A stretch of DNA of 38,787 nucleotides, taken from NCBI RefSeq assembly GCF_003334385.1, contig NZ_QOWN01000040.1; one strand, 5' to 3'. The DNA is from Escherichia coli (GTDB lineage: Bacteria; Pseudomonadota; Gammaproteobacteria; Enterobacterales; Enterobacteriaceae). A model generated the notes under the pieces. The model ran no database searches. It was not told where the DNA came from and saw nothing but the letters and a program-made list of their open reading frames with translations. The first letter of the stretch is position 1. Every line of letters begins with the position of its first letter. Shown in pieces: positions 7,583 to 16,992 of the stretch. A program made the translations under genes and the position numbers.

Positions 7583-10500
7583 ATGAAGTCCAGATATCGA
7601 ACCTGGCTTGCTGTCCCGCCTGAGGAGACAGAAGCCGTAAAAAATGCAGTTCCCCCGTTAAATGGCCGCAAAGCTGTCGCATGGGATCCAGAAAAAAAGC
7701 TCTGGTATGCCCGGGCGGGTACCGAACTTTCACTGCTGGAGCGCTGGTTACCCCGGCCACAGGAACTGTCGATGGATGCCGGCGATCCGGTCACTGAATT
7801 TGCTCAGGTCCTGGAAAACGCCGGGCTGGTTATTCAGGGATTGCCACAGATGGACGGAGCCATACACAGAGTGGCCACCCGGGATGACAAAAAAGGGGCC
7901 AAAAGTGGCGCATACAGGGCCTATCTTGATGGTCGTCCCGCCGGCTGGTACCGCGACTACCGGAGCGCCGATGACAGTCCCACAAACTGGGTATTTTCCG
8001 GCGGAGAACAACACGATCCTCTGGCCAGACTGCATCTGCGGGCATTCGCTCAGCAACAGCGCGATGATAACGCACGTAAACTGCAGCAACAGTATAACAA
8101 ACAGGCCGGCTATGCCCGCTCCTATATTAACGGTTTGCCACAGGCAACAGCACATGAATACCTGACGCGCAAGGGCATCCGGGCCGCGCCTGGCGTGCGG
8201 CTGAATAATAAAAATGAGCTGGTTATTCCCTTCAGCAACGGCCGGGGAGAAATACGTTCGTACCAGCGTATTCCGGTCACCGGCGGGAAGGATGCCCGCA
8301 TTCTGAAAGACTCCGAGAAAACCGGCAACTGGTTCACCTTCGGAACCCCGGAAAATGGCCGTCCCCTGTTATTTGCGGAAGGTTACGCTACTGCCGCCTC
8401 CCTGCACGAAGCAACCGGCCTTCCGGTTCTGATGACAGTTGATGCCAGCAATATGATTGCCGTGGCAGAAAATGCCCGCCAAATCTGGACTGACAGCCCC
8501 TTTGTCTTCTGTGCCGACAACGATCATCAACGGGAAATTAACAAAGGGGTTTTTAGTGCAACAAAGGCCGCAGAAGTCACGAATGGCGAAGTCATTATTC
8601 CGGCCTTTACGGAGGCGGAAAAAGCACAGGGACTGACCGATTTCAATGACCTGGACGCCAGCCGGGGACGGGACGACTTTCAGAATGCCATGAACGCACA
8701 GTTAAAACATATCGGTATCCCCACACCCAACAGTGACACTGCCGACAATCGTGAGGCTGTCGTGATCGGCAACCTGATATTCACACCGGTAAAAGATGAG
8801 AAGCCACAAATGTCCCCTGAAAACAGACAGAGCACAGCCCCGGAAACGGAGCTGGCGACACAGGATACGCCTTATGACACCCACTCCGACGATACAGAAA
8901 ACCAGGCATATGAAGATGACTATGCCGCCTATGCATCCCTGCAATCAGTAACTGCGGAGACGTTATCCCCGGATAAACCACTGGAGAATATTGCGTCTGC
9001 CGCTGATACCGGCACAGAGAATACCTCTGCGGCTACCGCTGGCGACCAGGAAGACCTCAATACAGACGCCACAGGTACAGACACCGCTCACAACAGCGAC
9101 ACAGCAGAAACAGGAACGCTTCCTGAACCTGCCGGGATGCAGTCCGTGCAGCAGGCAACCACTGAACCGACCGCAGAAGATAAACCACACGAGAACGTTG
9201 TTTCCGCTGCCGATACCAGAGAAGAAAATGCCTCTGCCACCACCGCTGACAACCAGAGCACGCAGGCAGAAGAACATCCCCGGAGTGAAGACACACCGGA
9301 AACCTCCCTCTCCGACGCGGCCGGGACACAGCACACCACCACAACGCAGTCTGAAGAACAAGTGCAGGTTTCCATGGCCAGCGCTGACGACTGGAGCGCA
9401 TTTGCGGAAGATCTCAACGCTGACACTCCGGGGGCCCCCACTGTTCACAACACCGACAACGCGGAGACAAACACAGTTTCTGAACCGGCCGGGATGCGGC
9501 CAGTTCAGCAGGTGACCACTGAACTGACGGCAGAAGATAAAGCACAGGAAAAGAGCGTTGCGTCTGCCGCTGAGACCGGCGCAGAGCACTCCTCTGACAT
9601 CACCGATGACAACAGGAACGCACCCGCTGAGGAGCTCAATGCCGATGCCACGGTTGCTGTTCACAACACCGGCACAGCAGAAACAGCCTCACCTTCTGAA
9701 CCTGCAGAAACTCAGCCAGTCCGGCAGGCCACCGCTGAACCGACGGCTGAAGATAAACTGCAGGAAGAGCGTCTTGTGTCCGCCACTGAGACCAGCACAG
9801 CGAATGAAGCAGCCCGCCCTGATACGCCATCGCTTTTCAGCCGTCTGCGCCGTTTTCTGACCGGTGGGAAATCACGCACCTCAGAACCTTCCGTTATTCA
9901 GGAGAAAAAGCCCACGGAGGCTGAAACAGCAACAGAGGAGGTCGCACCACCATCACCACCGGAAACCAGCCCGGAAGACACATCGTCAGCGGAACCGGAC
10001 ACGATTATCTTTGCACCCCGCCGTCCCGACAGTCCGCAGCGGCACAACCTGGACGAGATCCTTAAAAATCTTACACACAAAGAGTTTCCCGACAGGACTG
10101 CGCTCTACAGCGTTGACGGTGAACCCGCCTTCCTGGACAGACTCTACTGTCTCGAAATGGTGGATGGCGCCAGCGCGGATGACAAAAAGGTCCTGGCTGC
10201 CCTTGCTGTGGCCACCAACTTCTATGGCGGCGTTATCGAGCTGACCGGCAGTGATGCCTTTAAGCAAAAAGCCATGCAGCTGATTGTCGAATACGACATC
10301 AAGGTTCGCATGAAACTCCCGGCCCAGCGGGCAGCACTGGAAAAACTCCGAAAGGAAAAAGAGATGGCGCATGATGCCATTGTCACCCACAGACCCACGC
10401 CGGAACTCAACCGCCAGTCACCGGAAGAGACAACAATGGCCCAACCGGCTCCCCCTGTGTCACCGAAGGCAGAGGCTGAACAAACAGCAGGCAGTACGGC

Positions 10501-11608
10501 TGAAACACCGCATCCGGAAGCGCCGGTCACGGCAAAAGCTGAAGCCCCCCGGGCCGACAGACCGGAACAACCCGCCGCCCCGTCGTCTGCGCCAGAAAAA
10601 GCCCCTGTCAGTGCACAGCCGCAGCAACCCGACACACCGGAGGAAGAGCCGCCCGGCAAGCTCAGCCCCGGTGAAAGTGTGACTGCCGTCCTGACAAACT
10701 ACGGAGAAAAAGAGTATGCGCCCGGAAAAGGGCGCTGCTTTTTTGTGGAGCTCACCAACCGCAGTGGCAAACGGGAATACTGGGGAAACGGCCTGGAAGA
10801 ACTGGTCAAAAACCATCAGAAGGGTGACCCCGTCACACTGACACTGCAGGCGAGAGAAACATTCCGGCTGTCCGGTGAAACGCGGGATCGTATCCGTAAT
10901 ATCTGGGCCATAACCCCGGTCAGTAACGGCATTACCGTTAATAATGACCAACCTCATGCGGGTCAGCATACCCTGGAGTTTCCGATGGCAACATTCAGCC
11001 AGGTGATGTTACAGATGCAACAACACTGGCCACAGATAATGCAGGAAGTTCGCTCCCCCAAAAATCCTCCCAATAATCTGTACATTGGTGAAGACAGGCA
11101 ACCTGCATCAGCACCTCAGGATCAATCAATGCGACTCCCCCTCGCTGGTAATGCACCCAATGAACTGATACCAGCCATCGCCTCTGCCGATAAGGACAAT
11201 CGTCAGTTGAATCTTCTGCTGGTCCACAGCGCAGATGATCATCTGCAGGGCGTGGTCCGCCTGAACGGCACCCTTTACCCGGCACTGGCCACCCCGTCAG
11301 CTGACAACCGTCAGCTGGTCATCAATGCCCTGACGGATAACGGTCTGCAGTTTGCCGGTTACGGTGAAGCTGTTAACCATGATGAGAATAATCATCAGCG
11401 TCCGTCCCCACAAATAATGCAGTTTCACCTGAAGCAACAGGACTCCCCGTTGTTTGCCGCCATCCACAAACCGGAAGAGCAACCGGACAAGCTTTTCCGC
11501 TCTCTGGGTTTTGAGCAGACCTGGAAAGAGTGGTCTGACAGCCAAAAGGCGGAGGACAGGCAGGAAAAAACTCTGCAACAGGCACAATCCCACAGCCCCG
11601 GCCGATGA
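7583..11608 (+). CDS. sog: Sog/TraC-type conjugative DNA primase, multidomain (1341 aa)
   Basis: N-terminal WLAVP...AVAWDPEKKLWYA module. EGYATA primase signature at nt 8378..8395, with a downstream CADNDH acidic motif (Toprim-like). Contains long disordered repeats, an LPD7-like segment (FLDRLYCLEMVD...VIELTGSDAFKQKAMQL) and a KfrB-like beta domain (GKGRCFFVELTNRSGKREYWGNGLEE). Sits between traK and traL as in R64. Confidence 0.85.
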   Translation: MKSRYRTWLAVPPEETEAVKNAVPPLNGRKAVAWDPEKKLWYARAGTELSLLERWLPRPQELSMDAGDPVTEFAQVLENAGLVIQGLPQMDGAIHRVATRDDKKGAKSGAYRAYLDGRPAGWYRDYRSADDSPTNWVFSGGEQHDPLARLHLRAFAQQQRDDNARKLQQQYNKQAGYARSYINGLPQATAHEYLTRKGIRAAPGVRLNNKNELVIPFSNGRGEIRSYQRIPVTGGKDARILKDSEKTGNWFTFGTPENGRPLLFAEGYATAASLHEATGLPVLMTVDASNMIAVAENARQIWTDSPFVFCADNDHQREINKGVFSATKAAEVTNGEVIIPAFTEAEKAQGLTDFNDLDASRGRDDFQNAMNAQLKHIGIPTPNSDTADNREAVVIGNLIFTPVKDEKPQMSPENRQSTAPETELATQDTPYDTHSDDTENQAYEDDYAAYASLQSVTAETLSPDKPLENIASAADTGTENTSAATAGDQEDLNTDATGTDTAHNSDTAETGTLPEPAGMQSVQQATTEPTAEDKPHENVVSAADTREENASATTADNQSTQAEEHPRSEDTPETSLSDAAGTQHTTTTQSEEQVQVSMASADDWSAFAEDLNADTPGAPTVHNTDNAETNTVSEPAGMRPVQQVTTELTAEDKAQEKSVASAAETGAEHSSDITDDNRNAPAEELNADATVAVHNTGTAETASPSEPAETQPVRQATAEPTAEDKLQEERLVSATETSTANEAARPDTPSLFSRLRRFLTGGKSRTSEPSVIQEKKPTEAETATEEVAPPSPPETSPEDTSSAEPDTIIFAPRRPDSPQRHNLDEILKNLTHKEFPDRTALYSVDGEPAFLDRLYCLEMVDGASADDKKVLAALAVATNFYGGVIELTGSDAFKQKAMQLIVEYDIKVRMKLPAQRAALEKLRKEKEMAHDAIVTHRPTPELNRQSPEETTMAQPAPPVSPKAEAEQTAGSTAETPHPEAPVTAKAEAPRADRPEQPAAPSSAPEKAPVSAQPQQPDTPEEEPPGKLSPGESVTAVLTNYGEKEYAPGKGRCFFVELTNRSGKREYWGNGLEELVKNHQKGDPVTLTLQARETFRLSGETRDRIRNIWAITPVSNGITVNNDQPHAGQHTLEFPMATFSQVMLQMQQHWPQIMQEVRSPKNPPNNLYIGEDRQPASAPQDQSMRLPLAGNAPNELIPAIASADKDNRQLNLLLVHSADDHLQGVVRLNGTLYPALATPSADNRQLVINALTDNGLQFAGYGEAVNHDENNHQRPSPQIMQFHLKQQDSPLFAAIHKPEEQPDKLFRSLGFEQTWKEWSDSQKAEDRQEKTLQQAQSHSPGR
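8946..9830 (+). repeat. degenerate in-frame tandem repeats (about 72-aa unit) inside sog
   Basis: Units start with TAE(T/D)(L/K) at about 8950, 9170, 9527 and 9743. The recurring pattern is TAEDK-x-E..V.SAA(D/E)TG.E...(E/D)LN(T/A)DA...HN(S/T)..AET....EPAGM.(S/P)VQQ.T.E. Confidence 0.85.
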
Positions 11609-11624
11609 GCCGGTAAGGACGACC

Positions 11625-11975
11625 ATGAACATGAAAAAAACGCTGCTGGTCATACTGACCGGCATCACCCTGGCATCACCGGTGGCAGGTGCCGCCACCT
11701 GCCGGGCGGGGGCCGCTGCCGAAGCCGGCAGCAGAGCCGCCTGGGAGCGGGCGCGCACAGCCAGCCAGGCATGGTCACAGCGGGAGAATGACGTCGCCTC
11801 CTCCCTGCAGTCCTGCCTGTCCCGCATCAAGGACATCAGTATCACTCTTCCGCAGTTCCCCAGCCTGGACAAGCTCCTCCGCGACCTGGAAAACCAGGTC
11901 TGTGATGCCGTCGTGGATCGGGTGAATGACCATCTTCCGGGGAATATCGACCCCTGGAAAGACTACAACCTCTGA
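11625..11975 (+). CDS. traL: small secreted/periplasmic transfer protein (TraL position)
   Basis: I chose the internal start MNMKKTLLVILTGITLASPVAGAA (signal peptide) with AAGGA upstream. The track ORF start at 11454 overlaps sog. The 116-aa size and position match R64 traL as recalled. Confidence 0.6.
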   Translation: MNMKKTLLVILTGITLASPVAGAATCRAGAAAEAGSRAAWERARTASQAWSQRENDVASSLQSCLSRIKDISITLPQFPSLDKLLRDLENQVCDAVVDRVNDHLPGNIDPWKDYNL

Positions 11976-11986
11976 ACAGGAGCACC

Positions 11987-12682
11987 ATGAGCGAAGCACA
12001 ACCCACCTCCCCTGTCTCACCGGAAGCGGATAACAGCGGAGATATTTATAACCCCGTGCTCAGAACCATCGCACAGTCAGAACAACGGGCCGCGCTGGTA
12101 CCCGGTCTGGTCAGGGCGTTGCTGTGCAGCGGCGCAGCACTCTGCATCAGCCTGGTGGCTAATGGCATACAGTACTGGCATGCCACCGGCGTGACGCGCG
12201 AATACTTTGCCACTGACAATGGCCGACTGGTCCGTCTGGCACCAACCAGCCAGCCGGCCTGGAGTCAGAGCGACGTCATGAACTTTGGCAGCATGACGCT
12301 GAGCGAAGCCTTCAATCTCGATTTTGTCCACTACCGAAAACAAATCACGACACAGGCCCCCCGCTTTTCCGAAGCCGGCTTTGCCGGCTATGTGAATGCC
12401 CTTCAGGCCTCGAACATTCTCGACACTATTAAAAAGGAGAAATTTAACCTCACAACCACTATCGGGGCAGGTACCCTGGTCAACCAGGGACAGATGGAGA
12501 ACGGTGTCTGGTTCTGGAAATTCCAGTATCCGGTCAGGATGCGCCTGGTCGGTCAGACCAGCACCCGCCCCGAACAGGCCTTCACCTTTGAAATCACTGT
12601 CCGGCGCGTTGACCCCCGCATCAAACCCGGCGGCATGGAAATCAGTCAGATGGTTTCCCGTAACGCCGCAGCAGGAATCTGA
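11987..12682 (+). CDS. traM: T4BSS inner-membrane protein, DotI/IcmL/TraM-like
   Basis: 231 aa with one TM helix (LVRALLCSGAALCISLVANGI) and AGGAG upstream. Matches R64 traM in position and size. Confidence 0.65.
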   Translation: MSEAQPTSPVSPEADNSGDIYNPVLRTIAQSEQRAALVPGLVRALLCSGAALCISLVANGIQYWHATGVTREYFATDNGRLVRLAPTSQPAWSQSDVMNFGSMTLSEAFNLDFVHYRKQITTQAPRFSEAGFAGYVNALQASNILDTIKKEKFNLTTTIGAGTLVNQGQMENGVWFWKFQYPVRMRLVGQTSTRPEQAFTFEITVRRVDPRIKPGGMEISQMVSRNAAAGI

Positions 12683-12692
12683 GACTCATATC

Positions 12693-13667
12693 ATGCACAT
12701 ACATCATCTTATTGGCGCACTGCTTATTGTGTGCGGCACTGTCACAGCTGCAGATAACCCGGGCTGGAAAAATGCACGAAGCCCGCAGACCGGCGGAAAG
12801 ACCGCACAGGCAACCGGGAACACCCCGGCAGGCGGTCCCCCGCCAGCCGCACAACTCCCGGGAAACCTGCCGCCTCCCGGCGCTGCTCTCGTACAGGAAG
12901 GCGCATCGCTGGATTCTCCCCTGAATGCCGGTGAAATTCGTGAACTCCGTGGGATAATGGCCGATAACGAACGGGCCATCAGTGCCCCGCTCACCAGTGT
13001 GGTGCCCCGTATCAGTTCCCTCACGGTGAATCTGTCTCCGGGGGCCAGCCTGCCCCTTGTCCGTACCGCTCTGCATAACGTCAGCGTGGTGACCTTCACG
13101 GACGTCAACGGCAGTCCGTGGCCACAGTCGGATCCGCCCTATAACGCTGCGCCCGGTCACTTTGACGTGCAGTTCAACGGCAATATGGTGTCCGTCACCC
13201 CCCTGCGCGCCTGGGCTGCCGGGAATGTGACGGTCTATCTCAAAGGATTGTCTGTACCGGTCATCCTGAATATCACCAGTGGTGAAACAGACACCACTAC
13301 CCTGAGTCAGGAAATCGACAGTCGTCTGGATCTGCGCATTCCCCGGCAGGGACCTGCCAGCCCGGTGGTGTCCATACCGTCAGAAAAAATTGCCCTGCAT
13401 GACGCCACTCTGCAGGCCTTTCTGGACGGTGTGCCACCGGATGATCCCGCCATCCGCCGCCTGAAATTCTCCGGTAACGTCCCGGACACCACCATCTGGC
13501 AGCACGGCGATGATCTTCTCGTGCGCTCACGGGCTATGCTGCGGGATGAATTTGAACAGACGCTGGCATCGGCTGATGGTACGCGGCTGTGGAAACTGCC
13601 GGTGACCCCCTTACTCACCTTCTCCGTGAATGGTCAGTCCGTTCACGTCACCCCGGAACTGGAGTAA
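12693..13667 (+). CDS. traN: T4BSS outer-membrane-complex protein, DotH/IcmK/TraN-like
   Basis: I chose the start MHIHHLIGALLIVCGTVTA (signal peptide). The track start at 12396 overlaps traM by 287 nt. The 324-aa size and position match R64 traN. Confidence 0.65.
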   Translation: MHIHHLIGALLIVCGTVTAADNPGWKNARSPQTGGKTAQATGNTPAGGPPPAAQLPGNLPPPGAALVQEGASLDSPLNAGEIRELRGIMADNERAISAPLTSVVPRISSLTVNLSPGASLPLVRTALHNVSVVTFTDVNGSPWPQSDPPYNAAPGHFDVQFNGNMVSVTPLRAWAAGNVTVYLKGLSVPVILNITSGETDTTTLSQEIDSRLDLRIPRQGPASPVVSIPSEKIALHDATLQAFLDGVPPDDPAIRRLKFSGNVPDTTIWQHGDDLLVRSRAMLRDEFEQTLASADGTRLWKLPVTPLLTFSVNGQSVHVTPELE

Positions 13668-13670
13668 ATC

Positions 13671-15002
13671 ATGAGCGCAGAACAGGACACAGCCGCAAAA
13701 TCCGGCAAAAAGCTGTCAGCCCTGCTGGTTATGGGGGGCGTGATTATCATCGGGGGCGGATACCTGCTGCTCACCTGGCTGTCCCCCGAAAACGCTGCAT
13801 CGCTCTCGTCAGTCAATATCAACAGCACAACGTCCGGCGGCGGACGGAACGTGATGGAGACACAGCACTACCGGGATTTACTGCGGGCTGACAATGAACG
13901 TGGTGCTGCTGAAGCGTTACGTAATAACGAGACGTTTATCGCCAGTCTGCCCCGGGGACTGGATACAGATACCGGAAACGATCAGAAAAGGGATAATCCC
14001 CCCGATGATCAGTCAGGCACTTCCGGGCAAAACGCATCCCCTCCTCAGGAAGATCAGACGGCCCGGGAAAAACGGCGTGAGGCATTACAGAAACTGCTTG
14101 CCCGTATCAACACACAGCATCAGGATGCCCGGCCACCGGTAGTGGCAGCAGCCATGTGGAGCACCACCGGCGCGCCCGGGACAGCCCCTCATGCGTCACC
14201 GTCCGGTACCGTTACATCACAGCATCCCCGTCTGCAGGAGACGAGTCTGGCAACACCGGCTACACGTCAGGGGATCCAGCTGATACCGGCACTGACCCGC
14301 GTACCGGCTTACATCGACACCGAAGTGGACTCTGACAATGCGGTCTCCCGCGTGGTGGCCTCCGTACCTGCCGGGCCATGGGCCGGAGCCGTTCTCTACA
14401 GCCAGGACGCCAGACTCGCAGGTCAGGGAATGGATATCCACTTTGACCGGATGATGTGGCGGGGCATGTTTCTGAAGGTCAATGCATATGCCCTGAATGA
14501 ACGAACAGGAATGTCAACCGTGGCCAGCGACGTGAACCACCGCTGGTTTAAGCACATTGTTCTGCCGTCCATACTTGGCGGTGCGGGAAAGGGAGGGAGT
14601 CTTTACAAAGACGCCAACACACAGATCCTTCAGGGAAACTACGGCAGTCTTACCGGCAGGGTGGGAATGCCTGATGGCAGGGCGCTGGCCGGCGTCATGG
14701 CAGGCGGCATGGCCGAACGGGGCAGCGAGCTGCTGACCCGCCAGGCAGAGAGCGAACCTTACCGTCAGGTGACAGTATCACGGGGCGAGGTCGTCTCAAT
14801 TCTGTTTGTTGAGCCGGTCATGAGCAACGATATCAGTCCCACCTCCTCCGGGAGTATCCCTTCAGTGCCACCGTCCTCAGGACGTCCGCTCACCCAGGCG
14901 GAGGCCGAGCACCAGGCCTCTGACAGAATCCAGGCAGCTGTCCTCCGTAAACAGAATGAAATGCGGCAACGCTACGGCATACAACAGGAAAGTTATCCAT
15001 GA
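13671..15002 (+). CDS. traO: VirB10/TrbI-domain core-complex protein, DotG/IcmE/TraO-like
   Basis: N-terminal TM helix, a Pro/Gln-rich linker and a C-terminal TrbI-like domain (VVASVPAGPWAGAVLYSQDARLAGQGMDIHFDRM...). Confidence 0.75.
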   Translation: MSAEQDTAAKSGKKLSALLVMGGVIIIGGGYLLLTWLSPENAASLSSVNINSTTSGGGRNVMETQHYRDLLRADNERGAAEALRNNETFIASLPRGLDTDTGNDQKRDNPPDDQSGTSGQNASPPQEDQTAREKRREALQKLLARINTQHQDARPPVVAAAMWSTTGAPGTAPHASPSGTVTSQHPRLQETSLATPATRQGIQLIPALTRVPAYIDTEVDSDNAVSRVVASVPAGPWAGAVLYSQDARLAGQGMDIHFDRMMWRGMFLKVNAYALNERTGMSTVASDVNHRWFKHIVLPSILGGAGKGGSLYKDANTQILQGNYGSLTGRVGMPDGRALAGVMAGGMAERGSELLTRQAESEPYRQVTVSRGEVVSILFVEPVMSNDISPTSSGSIPSVPPSSGRPLTQAEAEHQASDRIQAAVLRKQNEMRQRYGIQQESYP

Positions 15003-15712
15003 AAAACGAACATGAAGATCCCGGCAGCTTTGGCGAAACGCCGGCACCGGCATCCGGCAAATCCTTCCTGAAACGTCAGTATATGGGATACAGCCTGCCG
15101 GTCTGGGCCGGCTGTGCCCTCATCATCCTGGCCGCCATCTGGTACAAGTTTCTGCGGACACCCTCAGAGCCCCCTGCAGATGCAGGCTTTGCTGTCACAC
15201 CGCCCGCTGCTGAGAGCTGGGCAGAGCCCATGACCATGACGGAGACCGGGGGCGGAAACAACATGCCCGCACCGCCGGTTGCCCCACAGGCAGATATGCA
15301 GCAACTTGCCCGTGATCTGAAAGCAGAGCTGGACAGACGGGATGAGGAAATCCGACGCACCCTGACCATGCTGAAGGACAGTATCACCACTCTCAGTAAC
15401 GCCATTCAGAAGGATGAGGCCTGGGCACAGGAAACCCGTCAGTTGCTTGAGGAGACCCGTAAGCAGGTGCATACCCTGCAGATGCAGGGAGCACTGCCAG
15501 CCCCGACCGGGAATAACAGACAGCCTGCGAAAACCCTGCCTTCACCTCTGCAGGGCATGAAAATCATGTCGGTGGAGAAAGGCATGGCCTGGATCCGCTG
15601 GCAGGGCAGTGCCTGGGCAGTACGGGAAGGCGACAGTCTGGGAAACATCACCATCACCCGGATTGACCCGTCCAGCCGGGCAGTCATCACCTCTGCCGGT
15701 ACATTACGATGA
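14999..15712 (+). CDS. traP: DotF/IcmG/TraP-like bitopic membrane protein
   Basis: Single TM helix, a coiled-coil segment and a C-terminal beta domain (MKIMSVEKGMAWIRWQGSAWAVREGDSLGNITITRIDP). Start overlaps the traO stop. Confidence 0.65.
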   Translation: MKNEHEDPGSFGETPAPASGKSFLKRQYMGYSLPVWAGCALIILAAIWYKFLRTPSEPPADAGFAVTPPAAESWAEPMTMTETGGGNNMPAPPVAPQADMQQLARDLKAELDRRDEEIRRTLTMLKDSITTLSNAIQKDEAWAQETRQLLEETRKQVHTLQMQGALPAPTGNNRQPAKTLPSPLQGMKIMSVEKGMAWIRWQGSAWAVREGDSLGNITITRIDPSSRAVITSAGTLR

Positions 15713-16239
15713 TGAGCATTGATGCCCTGACAGCCATAGAGAACTTTGCCAGCGGTATTTTCAGTGCAGGCATGGAGTTTCTCTTTACCTGGGGAGAGCT
15801 GCTGGGGATTATCGGCCTTATCGGTCATCTGATGCGCGCCCGGGCAGAAGGACGTCGCAGTATGGGACCGGGAAAATTTATTGCCGGTATCTTCATCTGC
15901 GGCATGCTGGTCAGTCTGCCCTCAATGATCAATGCCGGTGGTACCCAGATGGGCTTCAGGGCAGATTCTTTCGCCCCCATCGCATACGTGCAGCCGGGCT
16001 CCTTTGGTGCCGCTGCCGGTGCCGTCAATGCCATTCTCTCACTGGCAAAACTGGCCGGCGTCGGTTTTGTCATGAACGGCATATCCATCTGGCGCAAATC
16101 ACTGCTGGACGGGCACACCGCCCTGAGCGCCAGTGAATCCATCAGTAAAGGGAACGTCAAGTTTGTGGCCGGCGTTCTGCTGGTTTTCAACGACCGGGTT
16201 ATCGATGCCACTCTGGCAAGCCTCGGTATCGCCTTCTGA
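15709..16239 (+). CDS. traQ: polytopic inner-membrane protein, DotE/IcmC/TraQ-like
   Basis: 176 aa with several TM helices and ATGA coupling to traP. Matches R64 traQ in position and size. Confidence 0.6.
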   Translation: MMSIDALTAIENFASGIFSAGMEFLFTWGELLGIIGLIGHLMRARAEGRRSMGPGKFIAGIFICGMLVSLPSMINAGGTQMGFRADSFAPIAYVQPGSFGAAAGAVNAILSLAKLAGVGFVMNGISIWRKSLLDGHTALSASESISKGNVKFVAGVLLVFNDRVIDATLASLGIAF

Positions 16240-16285
16240 CCCCTGTATTTTTTCAGTAAATCAATCTGTTAATAAAGGAGACACT

Positions 16286-16684
16286 ATGTCACGACTTCGT
16301 GCCATGGCGGCGCGTCTGCGCGCTGCATCTGTTTATGTTCAGTTATGCCTGATGGCCTGCCGTGACCGGCTGGTACGCCTGTTACTGCTGCTTCCCGTGA
16401 TGCTGCTGCCCCACACCGCAATGGCAAATACCCTCTTCGATATGATTAAAACCGTTGGCGATGGTGCCAGAGGCTCCAGCAGTTCGTTTGTGGCTATCGG
16501 TCAGGTTATTGGCCTGGTGCTCTTTATCGGCGGCCTGCTTGGCCTCAAACAAATCGGTAAAAAACCCGGTGCAGGGCTGGCCTGCCTGCTGTCAATTCTG
16601 GTCGGCGTCTGCCTTGCCGTCGTACCGGAACTGATGGGCAGCGGACAGAAAACGCTCGGTCTTTCTCCGGTTTCAATCAGTTAA
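16286..16684 (+). CDS. traR: small membrane protein, DotP/IcmD/TraR-like
   Basis: I chose the start at MSRLRAMAARL, with AAGGAG 5 nt upstream. Two hydrophobic helices (VIGLVLFIGGLLGL, LACLLSILVGVCLAVV). Confidence 0.6.
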   Translation: MSRLRAMAARLRAASVYVQLCLMACRDRLVRLLLLLPVMLLPHTAMANTLFDMIKTVGDGARGSSSSFVAIGQVIGLVLFIGGLLGLKQIGKKPGAGLACLLSILVGVCLAVVPELMGSGQKTLGLSPVSIS

Positions 16685-16740
16685 TCCGCAAAGGCACCGG
16701 GAAACCGGTGCCGTCTTCACACAATGAGGAGGACCAGACC

Positions 16741-16992
16741 ATGTCCTGTGAGCTGCCCCCTTTCACCCTGCTCAGAACAGAGCACGGCAACGTGATTGCC
16801 CGCGACAACCGGGATAATCAGGAGTTTGTGTTTGCAGAGTGTTACTCCACCGCTATAGCAGCACTGATTCTGGCTGCCGTCACCCTGTATACAGAGAGAA
16901 AAGCGTATGAAAAAGACCCCGCCACTCATCGCCCCGGTCCGGGAACGATGGCTTTTCCCGCTCCCGCAACCGGACACGGTATTCAGCGGTGA
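16741..16992 (+). CDS. small hypothetical protein (traS position)
   Basis: ATG preceded by GAGGAGG; 83 aa with one hydrophobic helix. It overlaps the next gene by 86 nt, so one of the two boundaries is uncertain. Confidence 0.45.
   Translation: MSCELPPFTLLRTEHGNVIARDNRDNQEFVFAECYSTAIAALILAAVTLYTERKAYEKDPATHRPGPGTMAFPAPATGHGIQR

Noticed and set aside
8946-9830. Whether the tandem repeats in sog, or the 9-bp repeat in trbA (38167..38220), represent a CRISPR array.
   Set aside because: The repeats are in frame within coding sequence. They are either contiguous without unique spacers (trbA) or degenerate 216-bp units (sog). No cas genes are present.
8702-10969. Many long antisense or out-of-frame ORFs inside sog (for example 8963..9664 minus strand 233 aa, and 8991..9515 plus strand 174 aa).
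   Set aside because: They lie in a GC-rich, repetitive, low-complexity region where stop codons are rare in all frames. They have no RBS, and their translated products are Arg/Pro/Cys-rich, which is typical of off-frame sequence.
12396-12692. The track start of the traN-position ORF at 12396 (423 aa), and similar long upstream extensions for the traL, traR and traW ORFs.
   Set aside because: The extensions overlap the preceding genes by hundreds of nt. Internal ATGs with RBSs give signal peptides or lipoboxes, and sizes that match the R64 counterparts.
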